The notes under the pieces were generated by a model. The model had not been told where the DNA came from. It saw only the letters and a list, made by a program, of their open reading frames with translations, and ran no database searches. A DNA stretch of 63,872 nucleotides, the filler included, from Conidiobolus incongruus B7586 (lineage: Eukaryota), in the NCBI GenBank assembly GCA_000697335.1. It is 7 parts of 7 records of this genome, joined end to end, with 100 filler letters (N's around TTAATTAATTAA, not from the genome) between each part and the next. Parts side by side here need not be neighbours in the genome. Positions count along the whole stretch, not along the records: positions 37,952 to 41,759 come from JNEM01006271.1; positions 41,860 to 53,525 come from JNEM01006272.1; 5 more parts are not named here. One strand, 5' to 3'. Positions 37,952 through 50,907 of the stretch are shown piece by piece. The position numbers and the translations under genes were made by a program. How positions within the stretch are numbered: the first letter of the stretch is position 1; every line of letters begins with the position of its first letter.

Positions 37952-40900
37952 ATATATGATGGGAACTTTATTTTATAAGCTGCTAGTGATATTATATTAA
38001 TAATTTTCATAAGCTAATCTATTTAATATTTAATTTTTAAAAGGGTAGCTTTTTTTATAATCAATATTATGTTATTTTATATCTATAAGAATTTAATCTT
38101 TAATATTAAAATTAATATAATATTAGAAGTAATTTATATATATAGCTATATAATCTTAATTTCTAACTAATAAATCTTCAGTTATATTTTTATATTTTTT
38201 TATTATTGAATAAATTAATCAACATTAATTAATTTAAATAATAAAATATAAAAGTTAATTAAAAAGCTTAGTATTATAAGGTTATAACCAAAGATAATTT
38301 TCATTCGTGATTTTTCAATACATGATTGTTTAGATAAATTGATTATAAATTCAATAGAAGGAAAAAGTAAATCTTGATTATTTTGTTTAAAGTTAAAAAA
38401 TATATATAATACTTGTTTAATTATTTGGTTTTTTCTTTTTATTTCTCAATTACCTTTTAAGTAATTTATATGTATAATATTTAAATTGGTTTTTGTTAGT
38501 TTGAAAAGTTTTTTCTATAATAGTAATATAAAATAAAAATTATAGATTGAGACTATAATATATAAGAGGTTATAATAACAAAAGATGGTTTTAAAGTTAT
38601 GCAATTATTTAAAATATAAACTTTTTTTCTTATAAGGATATTAGATAAGTGAATTTTGAAAGTTTATTTATAATAACTAAAATAACATCTTTATTTTTTT
38701 TATTTTAAAGAATAAGGTTATTAAATTTATTCAAATAAAATAGAAAAAATATAAAAGGATTTTATAAGGGTAGAAAATTATATTTTAATTAAGTATATTT
38801 TTTAATATTTTAACAGATATTATAAAAGCTAATATAATATTTAATAGTTTTATTTATTTGAGGTTAATAATATTATTTAAGATAATTAAGGGTGATATTA
38901 TACTTAAGGTGTTTTAAAACAAAGATATTATAATTTTTATAGATTAATAATTTATATAGCTTATTTAATTTAAATATATATAAACAAAGTATATTATTAA
39001 CTATATAATATAATAAGTTATTACTTAGTTAATAATATTTTAATTTTGTATATATAGTAAATAGAGTTAGTAATGTAATATAAAAAAGACTTAGTACAAA
39101 GATAATAAGGTACAAAATATAATAATATAATATGGAATATAATATAAAAATATAAACAAAGTTTAATTAAGCTTTAAACTAAGATAAGTCACTAATATAT
39201 TAAAACTTATATAAAGTAATACTAATATCCTATATTATTAATTAAATATAGTTTTAATCTTAAAAATAATATAAAAAATAAGGAATAATAAGAATTAAGA
39301 GAAAAAAACATAGTTAATTAAATAATTTAGTATTACCTATATAATTAATTAATTTATAAAAATATAAATTAATGATATAGTTTATAGTTAATTCAATTAT
39401 AAAGAAATATATATAAGGATTTAAAGAGTTAATCTTTTAACAAATTCTATAATTAAGTTTTTATTAATAAAATCATTAAAGTTATTCAATATTTAATAAA
39501 TATTATTAAAATATAGGTTTTTAACATAACTTTGTTTAATATAGTTAAGTAGTTTTTTTTATATTAAAATTTTAAATTTAATTATCTTAAAATTAAAACA
39601 ATAAGATAATTTATTATTTAAAAGATTTAAGTTATTAAGTTTACAATAGACTTTAATATAATATTTATTAATAATATTTAACTATTATATTTAAATAGGA
39701 GATAATTTTTTTTAAGTTTTAATATATTTAAAAAGATAGTAATTAGTCTTACAAATAATATAAAATTATAATAAATAGTAATATTATTATTTAAGGCTTA
39801 AAATAAGTATAAATAGTTTTTTATTATAAACTTTATATTTATATTATATACTATTTAAACTTTTAAATATAAATTCCATTAGCTGTTAATTATCTAAATA
39901 ATTTTATTCAAGTATAATACTTATTGCAAAATTACTAGTGTTTATTATAATATAAGTATTTAAATTAAGTTAAGTAAATAAATAATTAAACCAGAATATA
40001 AAAGTTTTTGTAATTTTTTTAAAATTATTTAACAATCTTTAAACTAGTTAAATTCAATTTCTTTACTAATAAGTTAATTTAACAAGGTTATAATTTTAGC
40101 AAAAATTAAAAATATACTAATAATAGTATCTGAAAATATATAAAAGTTATTTTATTTATTTAATATCTATAAGAATTAATTAATCTATAATTATTGTTAT
40201 TTTCTTAAAATTAGTGTAAACATTTTTTTTAATATAATATAGCTAAAATATTCAATATAATTTAAAAATAAATTAGTATTTTCTATGTTAGTATATAAGA
40301 AATTTTCTTAAATGAATTAGAATATTAATTAAAGGTGGTATTTATATTTATTTTTATTTTTTAAATATATTAATAAATTATCCAAGTAAATACAAACAAA
40401 AAATATATCTTTGAAGATTAATTACATTATTTTATTAAAAGTTGAGGATAATATCTTATATCTTTGTAAAAAAGTTTTTTAAGTAAAAATACTAAAAGGA
40501 TAGTAAAATATAATAAGGATATTAAATTTAAGATAAATATAACACTATTGATATTTACTTACTATATTAAATATTGAAAAGATTAAACAACTTTTATACT
40601 TATTAAAAAGAGAATAAATATTTAATAGTATTAAAAATAATTTTTAATAATATTATCTAATTATTATATATTTACTCAAAGTTAATAATAAGAATTTTTT
40701 TTAAAAACAAATATAAGAAATATAAATAAAATTTCATATTTATAGATCTATCCTTTTTTCTTTAATTTTTCTATGATTTCTTAAAATATTTTTATTTTAA
40801 TATTAGATATTTTATAAATAAAGGAATTTTATAATTCTATATCTGGGTAGAGTTTTAATTTAAAATTAATTAGATATTAAGGAGGTAGTTTATTAATAAA
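37952..40900 (-). mobile_element. Highly eroded Gypsy-like pol relic
   Basis: Minus strand near 37960-38020 reads MKIINIISLAAYKIKFPS (integrase C-terminal GPY/F-like); near 40840-40900 a KLPP...L.P pattern typical of the pre-RT region. Boundaries are approximate. Confidence 0.55.
39047..39442 (-). repeat. Solo LTR of the 31238 family, inverted and more diverged, inside the older relic
   Basis: Reverse complement starts TGTTAAAAGATTAACTC and matches the LTR core (plus strand AAACAAAGTTTAATTAAGCTTTAAACTAAGATAAGTCACT); flanks AATTT/AATTC form a near-TSD. Confidence 0.8.
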
Positions 40901-41276
40901 TTCAAGTATATAATAGTTAATATATAAATTTTTATCATCAATTTTTTGTTATTTTTATTTATATTACTTAGTTTATCTCTCTAATATAATTTATTAATAA
41001 GTTTATTTTCAATAATAATAAATATATAAAAATAAATATAAAATTAATTTTAGTAAGTAATTTAATTATATTTCTTTATTAAAAGTTCATTAAATTTTAA
41101 ATATTTTAATTTTTTAATTTATTTAAACCTTATATAGAATACATAAGTATCTTAATCAATTTGTGTATTATTAAATATAATCTATAATATACTTAAAATG
41201 ATATTATATTAGATTAAAATAATAATAAAATTATAATAGATTAAAATAAAACTTATAGAAACTATAATATTATAAT

Positions 41277-41759
41277 TGTTAAGAGACTAGTTCTCTAAAT
41301 TCTTATATACACTTTCATATAATCCAATTAACTATAAATTATATGATTAATTTATACTTATATAGTTAAATTAATTGTATAAATAGTATTAAATTATCTA
41401 ATAAACTAGGTTCCTCTTTTTCCTCTCAATTCTTACTATTTTTTACTTTCACACTATTTCTAAGATTGAGACTATATTCTGTCAATATTGTAGGATATTG
41501 GCACTACCTAATATAAATCTTAATATATCAGTGACTCATCCTAGTTCGAAGCTTAATTAAACTTTGTTTACACTTGCACGCTACAGCCACATTATATTAC
41601 CACGTTCTACACCACACTACTTTTATATTAAGTCTTCCTCTGCACTATATTAGTTTAACTACCACTATGCTTACATGGTAGCAGCAACAAAACTATTAAA
41701 AACCTACTAGATATTAATAACTGTCTGTATCAAACCTAATTATTGCTATTTTGAATCTT
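41277..41759 (+). mobile_element. 5' LTR (41277-41675), PBS and leader of another copy of the 31238 family, cut by linker; least mutated copy
   Basis: Co-linear with 31238-31720; PBS TGGTAGCAGC at 41676 (initiator-Met-like PBS is an inference). Confidence 0.93.
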
Positions 41760-41859
41760 NNNNNNNNNNNNNNNNNNNNNNNNNNNNNNNNNNNNNNNNN
41801 NNNTTAATTAATTAANNNNNNNNNNNNNNNNNNNNNNNNNNNNNNNNNNNNNNNNNNNN
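41760..41859. other. Artificial assembly linker
   Basis: N44-TTAATTAATTAA-N44. Confidence 0.97.
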
Positions 41860-41879
41860 TAATACCTCAAGGAAAATTA

Positions 41880-42255
41880 ATTAATAATAAGTTATATATT
41901 ACTTTTTTAAATAAAATAATTTTTAAATAGTATTCTCAATATATATTAAAAACACTTATTATTTTATATAATAGTTATAAAATACAAAAAGTTAAAGCTG
42001 TAAAAAATTTTTTATATAAATAAAATTAAAGGGAGTTACTATATCTAATATATTCACTTAATTATAACTTATATAATTATAATTGTTTTAAATAATTAAA
42101 AAAACAGCTTACAAGAAAAAAATTCCTACAAACAAATTAAATTGGTTTATACAATATCAAATTTTAGTTTTTAATAAAAAGAACTGTTTTTTAGATATTA
42201 GAAGTTTACTAAAAATATAGAAAAGAGTTATTAATAATAAAAAAAGCTATTAATT
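41880..42255 (+). mobile_element. Mariner transposase 3' fragment
   Basis: ELLYLIYSLNYNLYNYNCFK*LKKQLTRKKF...DIRSLLKI*KRVINNKKSY*; homologous to the copies at 1340 and 2800. Confidence 0.75.
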
Positions 42256-42354
42256 TTATATTATTCATTAATTTTTATAAATTATTTATTAATTTATTTG
42301 TTTAATTTCAATCTTATAATTATGTCATTACTTAATTTCTACACTAATAATGTA

Positions 42355-45300
42355 GGTAACAGAAATATTATTTAAATTTAATCTTGTAGATTTAGCAGGC
42401 TCTAAAAGTTAGAAAAAAACATCTACCACAAGGAAGCTTAGAGAAGAAGAAATTAACATCAATAAGAGTTTATCCACTTTAGGAAATATATTTAATACCT
42501 TAATCAGAGCCCCCAATGGAAAGCCTGCCTATATACAATATCATGATTCTAAGTTGACTCATCTTCTTAAAGATTCACTTGGTGACAATTTTTTGACATC
42601 TATCATTGGGAAAATAAGTCTTTTCTCACCAGTTGGTTCCAAAAACTATCCACCCTTCGTTTTGTAGTTAGTGCAAAAATGATCAAAAACTCTGCCAAAG
42701 TCAACAGAGATAACAAGGTCAGCGTAGCTCAACTCCAAGGAGAAATCAAGTAACTTACGAGTCAAATTATGGAACTCAAAACTCAATTGGAAACCAAACC
42801 CATTCCACATCCCTTTCCCACAATACAACAGTAACAATGAGCATGTTTCTGCAAGATCATGACAAATTTAGCGAAATTCGAGATAAATTTAAAGATCATC
42901 CCCTATACTCAATACACCGAAAGTTATCCGAGATGAATGAAACTTATAAAAAGGAGAAAGGAGGAAGGAAGAACAACTCACGGTAATTCGATTTCATAAA
43001 TTTTAATTGTTAACTCATTCCAAATATTTAGCCCAAAACGCCTCAAGATCCAGTGAAAGAACTCACGCAATTGGATATTCAGCTTACCAATGGTGAGGCT
43101 AAAGGAGTTATCGATATGCAGCATGAAGTTGAAGCGATTTTGAAAAAGTTTCAAGAAGGGCCCCATAGCCTTGAAGGCTTTGACCAACACCCCAATATCA
43201 AACTCAATGTGGATTTGAATCAGCCATCTTATCATCAAGTTCCTTCAACATCACTCTTTGAGATGAGATCATTCATGTTTGAAGAACACAATCAACTCAA
43301 TTGGATGTATATACCTCCTACCAAAAACAGATCTCAGGTAAATTTCAATAATCATTCAAGTATCCTATACCATTATAAATCACAATGTTAGAATGAAATA
43401 CTTCCCAAGGATTCTCCTCAAAAGTTCCCCCACCAGCATTTGATGATGTGGATGTTCGTATTTCAACTAGTGGGGAATTAAAGCCATCTGATCAAACCCA
43501 ACCAGATACTCAACCTCAGAATGTGATATTGGATACATCCGATAAGGGCACTAATCAAACCATAAAGAATGATAACCAAACAGCTAAAACTTTGGAGCAG
43601 CTGAATCAGCCTGCTTATGAGTCCGAAGTACCCTCACAGTCCACATCCAATACATCTAAAGGATAAAATTCCAACAGTGAGACTGAGAACAAATCTGACA
43701 ATGTTTCAGATCCCTTCAAGCATGGAGTTGTCTCCATTGACATTGACAAAGTAGGCAATTCTAGTATTCAAATAACTCCATATCCAACCCAAATTAATTT
43801 TTATACTAACAAATTCCAAAAAAAGTCCACTTTAAATACTAGAATAGCTGAATTAACACAAAATTTGAAGGAAAAAATCCAAGAATTAAAAGTAATATTA
43901 AATATACTGATATATAACAATATATTAACATTATGAATAGATTAAGAGAGATGAATTATTCAAATTTGAAAATGATAATAAAAAATTGAAAAAGGATTTG
44001 GATACTTTAAGAGATCCATTCCAAGTAAGTCGAACTGAATAAGATTTCAAGTAATGTAATTAATCTGTTATAGGATCAACAAAAGCAAATCAATCAATTA
44101 CAAGATGAAAAGAGAAAACTCAATCACGAATTAACTACTATGGACAGAGTATTATATAATTACATATGAATTTATTATTTACTAAATGTGATGATTAAAA
44201 TGCGAATAATAAGTTAAAAGAGCATGAAAATATTATCAAGAAGCATTTAGAATGGATGAAATGTAAGTTGCCTGATTTGCCTAATTCTGACTTGGTAATC
44301 ATCGATAATATTTCATTAATCATAATTATTCTTACATTTGGTTTAGGATACTTTATTAAGTACTTTAAGGAAATGTGTCGATCAACTCTATCGCAAAGTG
44401 ATAACCATAACCAATCAAAATTCCATCAGTGAAATTATCTTTGAAAACTCAGGCGCAATATATTGTATATTTTATCAAATTACTTTAAGCTAATGATGCT
44501 CCTAGTACGTGGTTATGCAAAAAGGAAATCAACCCCAAGAGATCAACCAGAGAAAGAATTCTCTTGATGAAATTTCCTTAATGGACGGTTTCACAGGAAA
44601 CACCTGTGATTTTTCCAATCCTATTTTGTTTGAAAATTCTGGGATGAATTTGTATCCAGCATCTTGTATCCGGCCACCAGAATTCGCATCGCCAAATACC
44701 CTTCTGGATTTGAAGAACAAAGCACCTGGAAGTATTTTACTCGACGACGATTTTGACTTCAGCCACACCAAATTCATTTCACCCAAGGAAACATCACCCC
44801 AAACTAAGGATGTCAAAATAACTATCACCAGCATTTCCATATCCAAACACTTCGACGTTTCTCTGTTTTCATCTCAAGAGTCCATCCACCTTAACAATTC
44901 GCGATCCCAAATCAAACTGGAGACTAAAAAATCATGTAAAGTGACACCCACCAGGCGCAATTTCGTCAAATTCACTAGAACAGAATCTTGTCGGGAGTGG
45001 GATACCAAGACCATGTTAGAAAAATTGAGAAAATCCAAAGTGACTTTGGGATATGGCTTCAGAAATTTGGATAAACAGGTTACTAACTATTTTCAAACAA
45101 ATACATGGTAATTTCAATTTATCATAAAGTTAATTAATATATTTATTTAACTTTATAGTGAATCTCAAACCATTGACTATGTGATTCAATTAAACCAACT
45201 GATCCAACAGTACAAAGAATTTGAGAAGGATTGTCACGATTTGAATGAGAAATTGAATGCTTCAATATTCTCTATTCATTCTGCTAATTTTAATACTCAG

Positions 45301-45535
45301 TTGAAAGAATTACAGGTAATTGTTTATGATATTAGATAATTCATAGCTTATTGATATTATTTGGTTAGAATGCTGTTAGTGATTGGAATAAATTTATTAC
45401 ATCACTGAAAAATTATCCAGCATTTACAAATCAAGGAGACAATCAACACTTTGATTTAACCACCATTGTTGAAGAATCCGCGCACAAGCGAATACATCAT
45501 CACTCAACAAGAAGACCAAAATCCATTAAATTATG
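42355..45535 (+). pseudogene. Kinesin pseudogene (C-terminal half of motor domain plus coiled-coil/tail, with introns)
   Basis: FNLVDLAGSKS*K...EEININKSLSTLGNIFNTL...IQYHDSKLTHLLKDSLGDN...LSTLRF..SAKMIKNSAKVNRD; stops near 42409, 42751 and 43664 and a frameshift near 42640; later short GT-AG introns and coiled-coil exons. Confidence 0.85.
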
Positions 45536-45578
45536 TATTTTATTATTTAATAAACCATCATATATTTTATTAATAAGT

Positions 45579-46694
45579 TCAAACTTTAGCAGAGTATTGA
45601 GCTGCTAAAGTATCAAATTGGCTAGATTTATCTTCAATTTGAATGAGGTAAGGATGTTGAGGATCTATGTCTCTTAATTGACTATTAAATAATATTAATA
45701 TGATATTAAAAGAATGGATATAAAAGTAATATACCTTAAATATCTAGCTTCAGCATCTTTACCCTTATTCATTAAGTTACCAACCGTAATTAAATTAATG
45801 AGGGTTTCGGAATCGTTAGCATCCTAAATATATACTTTAAAATCAAATATTATTGAACATATTATTCAAAATACCTTATCCAAAGCTTTCAATAAACACT
45901 CTTCAGCCTCTTCATACTGCTTCAAATGCATGTGGCATACAGCTTTACTGGTTAATAATTTGACACTTTCGACGTTGAACTGTTGGCTCAGCTCTTCGAA
46001 GATGTATAAAGCTTCTTGATATTTATTACCTCCCTAACAATTGAATTAAATAAATAATAAAGATGATGATGGTGATGAATAGTGAATTACAGTAGCTAAA
46101 CCAACCCAAGCTTCCATCAGCTGCATAAGGGGAACGTCCTCAGCCCAACTTCTAGTCTTCTCAATCAACTGTTGAGCTAAGTCCAATCGGTTCAACTTTA
46201 ATAAGATTTGAATACTGTAACTAACACTACAAAACCGATGAATAAAATAATAAAACTGATGACTTGTGTATTAGTTACCATTCCAAATGTCTAGGATGCA
46301 ATTGAACAGCCTTCAAAGCTACATCCAATTTCCCAGCTAAAATAGCCAATCTGGCTAGAATAAGTTGCAAGTTGGGATTCAACAAATTAGTTCCTTCATT
46401 AGCCTTCTCTTCAACTTGTTTGAAAATTTCCTCCTTTTTACTTTCATCTTTAGATAATTCCCATTCCGCCGATAATTTGATTAATTCTAATTCTACAATA
46501 TCTGTAGATTTCAATTCGTTGATGATAAGGTTGTATTTCTTTTGGCTTAGGTAAGTTCTATATAATAAAATTTGACTGTCTTTTTTATCTTCACTGATTT
46601 GAGTATTAAGTTGGTGAATGGCACCACTATAGTTACCCAAGTAAAAAAGATTATAAATAGGATAATTAGGATGATTGATTAGTTCTTGACTCAT
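45579..46694 (-). CDS. COPE: Coatomer subunit epsilon (multi-exon)
   Basis: NLFYLGNYSGAI, LLYRTYLSQKKYNLI, QILIKLNRLDLA, EDVPLMQLMEAWVGLA, KYQEALYIFEELSQ, YEEAEECLLKALDK, ETLINLI, HPYLIQIEDKSSQFD; short GT-AG introns; TGA at 45581-45579. Confidence 0.93.
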
Positions 46695-49600
46695 TTTTGT
46701 TTTGTAATTTATTTAATATTCTTAATTAAATATAGTTGGAGTTACGTAGATTTAATTATTATAATATATATTTTATTTATGGGAAACTTACTTTTAAACA
46801 CTTTATTGAATTTGATTGGATGTTTAGGTTTAAGTGTGACAATTTGGTATTAAATCTTCCTTCCTTAATTTAATTCAATTTGTCCCTTTAAACGAATTAA
46901 CAGTTAATAAATTATCTTTGAAATTGAAATCAAGCTGATATATATATAATAGGTAAAAAGATTCATTGTAAAGTGATTAATTTAAAAAATATATCAAATT
47001 ATATATTTTTTTTAATTATTATAATTAATAGTTACATCGAATCAATAGATATTTATATTTATTTTTAAATTTAGAATAATTAAAATTCAGTTGTTCCAGA
47101 ATATAATATTAAAAAATGAATTATATATATTTAATAATGCATTTAAAAGTATAAGAAATTCATATCATAATGAGTTAATTATATTTTTCTTCTTTGTTAA
47201 ATATTTATTAAATTCTTATTTTTATTTTTAAATAAATCAATTATTAATAGACAAAATTTTAAATACTTTGTGATTAAATGAATAAAACAAAAGGAGTTTT
47301 ATATTTAATGATTATTTTAAAATTATGTTCTGAATCACCGTAATTTATATTCTATAATGACTCTTTAAATTTTGCTAATATATTTTTTAAAAATTTTTAT
47401 GTATTGAAATTTAGTAAAAAGAAAAATTTTTAAGATTCGTAATTATTAAATTTAAAAATTTTTAATGTTTTTTTATCAAATTATTTATTAATAAATTTTG
47501 GATTAATATATTTATAGTTTAAAATGGCGTTTCAGTTAATATCATAAATTACACCTAATAAAATATTTAAAATTCGGTCATATTGATAAAATTATTAAGT
47601 ATATCTTAAATTAGTGAAATATTTAAAAGAAGATTACAGTATATTAAATTTTCAAAATGTGTGATTAATGAATAAATATATAATATAATTCCAACTTATA
47701 AAATTCATATAGTTATAGCTCAAAGTTTTAGTTTCAATTTATACCTACTAAAAGACTTTTATGCTTCAAGATTTTATTCAGGTATCTGAGAACTTTTTCT
47801 ACGTATCTTAAATTGCTATAATTCAATATTTTTCTCAGAAGTGAATGATAGTTAAAATGTGATTTTTTCTATTGAGTGGAAGGAATAAAATATCCTTTAA
47901 ATTTAAGTTTATTTTCCAAAAAATATGGTATTGAATTATTTTACCAACTCAAATAAGTTAGAATTAATCCTCATTAATACTTATATCAAGTTTTCAATAG
48001 TACATCGAGTTTACAGCCAAAAGATTTGGCAATAAACCTAATAATCATTAATGTCACAAGCAACAATCAAATCCTACATTGTAATACTGCACAAGTTTAT
48101 CGCTATATTATTATATCAAGATAGTATATAGGAAAGGCTAACTTCAAATATAATGATTAATTGAATTGGGCACTATCAAATTGCCAAGTGTTCATATCAT
48201 TAATTTCAACCTGGATTTGAATGTTGTTGCTGGTGCCAATTTTTTATTTATTACACTAAAGATTATAATACAGCCTGCACTTAAAATGTGTTCACACTTT
48301 GATAAATATGTTTTATATTTTTATATTTTTAAATTATTTTAAAACTTAGTCTAATTAGGTAAAAAAGTTTTTAAAATAATTGAAGTTATTTATGGATCAC
48401 TCATATTAATACTGTGAAATAGATTAGCTGAGTTTGTTATTACTATTTTTATATTATTTTTTCAATTTAATTTCATTTTGCAGATTGGTTAAAGATTTAT
48501 TAAATTTATATAAATATATTACAATTTTGATATTGTTTTAAATTTAAAATTAGAATACATATTATCCTTAGAAAGGTATAATTATAAATAGATGATAACA
48601 TATAAATGATTTTATAGCTATCCTTAAATATGAAAATGTAGTTACACTATATTATTATTTTACATTAATTTCTAGTTTTTAAAATTAAATGAACTGAAAG
48701 ATAATTTTTCACTTAAAAATGGTTCAATTTATTATCAATATTATAAAATTAATAATGATAAATTGGACGAATGTGTATAATCAAGCATATATATATTGGA
48801 TACAACATTTGTGTTATTTTACTAAACACAGATTGATTTTATGAATTTGAATTGTATCATCGTGAAAGTGAGAATATATTTTACATGCAGACTTTAGAAA
48901 AACCTTATATCAATACTAGGATTTAAGGTTTATCTAAGATATCATTCTTTTTGAAATAATTTCAACTTCATCCTAATTTTATGAATAACATTATCAATAT
49001 TTAAAAAACATCAAACTAATCAGAATTAAAAATGTTTAGAGATTACAATCAGTCTAAAAATCACGAGCAACTAAAACCCAATAACTATTATAAAATTATA
49101 GATCTATTTCTTTAAGTAACCTTAAAAATGTAATTGCAATGCTTAAGTATACATAATACATTTCAAATATCTCAGCTTGCATGAAATTTATACGATATTC
49201 TATTAGGTATTTCGATATGATTCGAACTTGAGGATACTGATTTTTTTGATTATATAGAAGATTATCCAATAACCCATAGTTGTTTTCTAAATTATGTACA
49301 GCCAGGACAAATTCAGTACCTTCAAGTTCGAAATATATCAATTTGGATAATAAAAGACAGCCTATATATTAGCATTCCTTGAAATAAACACAACCAAAGG
49401 TACATTGTAAGGTTTTTCTCATATGTGCAAGGTCAAAATTATTGTATATAGCGTTGTATTTGGAATCCTATTGTAATTTTTATATTTAATTTTGTTTTTA
49501 ATTCGACATACATAAAATGCATGTGTATTTAATAAAGATATTATATGGCATAATGCTATATTCTTATTTACAAAAGATTCCACCATATTTGACTAAGTTT

Positions 49601-50907
49601 GACTAAATATGAAGCTTTAAAAAAATCTTAAGAACCTCTATAAAATTCAATTTAAACTTCAACCTTGAATAAAGTTCCCAAGTGATGTTATAAGGGTACC
49701 CCTATAAAATATGAGATAAGATTAAAATCCACTTTATTTTAACATTAAATTACGAATAATGAATTTAATACATTAAAATGTTCAAGATTCATTTATAAAC
49801 GTTTCCTTTTAAGGCTTAGATCCCAAAGATTTAACAACTATTTTACATTGCAGCATTATTACAAATCTCTCTCAAGTCAATAAAGATAATTAGGAGAATT
49901 TTCTTCTTATTAAATGCTAAGAAAAATAAAACTGTATAAAAAATTAATTGATTAAAATAGAATTTAAATATATATTGAGATCTTCATTATTCACAAGAAT
50001 GATATAACTTTTTATTGAATAATTTATAATGATTTAATGTTATCAACAATTGATAAATACTATTTTTAATAATTTATAAACTTTTATAGAAAATGGCCCA
50101 CATTTTATCCATTGATTATTATCAATAAAGATACTAATTTGTTAATAAAGATATTAATTTTGTAGTGTTATAAAGAGATGAGAATAGTGGTACTGAAACG
50201 ATCAAATAAGCGCCCAAAATAAAGGATTCATGTAGGTCAATTAACATCAACTAGGTTGGCAATTATTTGACACGTTGCCGATTCATTCTTTTTAAAGCGC
50301 CTTACTAACCTTCTTATCCCGACATTTAACTTTAACTGGGTAATATAAGGTTATAATTATTTTATTCAGAACTTTAATTGATAATACGGAAATATTGTCA
50401 CAAATTTGATATTATTAGAATTTTTAATATTGAAACTATAATATTGAGTTTGAAAAGGGTTTTTAATTAAGTGGAATTAAAGGAATTTAAAAATTGATTA
50501 TAATGTCGTACATTGTAATTTTTTGCATTACTCGATAACTTTTTAGAATTGACCAATCAGAGATTATTGAGATCGACTTTTCAGAGTTTGGGGATGGAAT
50601 TTGGAGTAATTAGATGGACAACATCCATTAACCTTTTCTCAATTTAAGATGGGTGAAAAAAAATTAGTACAATTGAGGATACTGAGTTTATAATTTGATA
50701 AATTAAATTGGGTATAAATACCCCTTCCATTACACACAATTTTCAAAAACTATCTTTTTTAATCTTTTTAAGTATTTTTATCTATTGAATTGATTTCAAT
50801 ATCTGTTCTCTTTTCTTTTAATTAATCAGTCTATTTATTTATTGTTCTTTTTAACTATTGTATAGTTAAATAATTAATTGTATATTTATATAATAAAATA
50901 AAATAAA

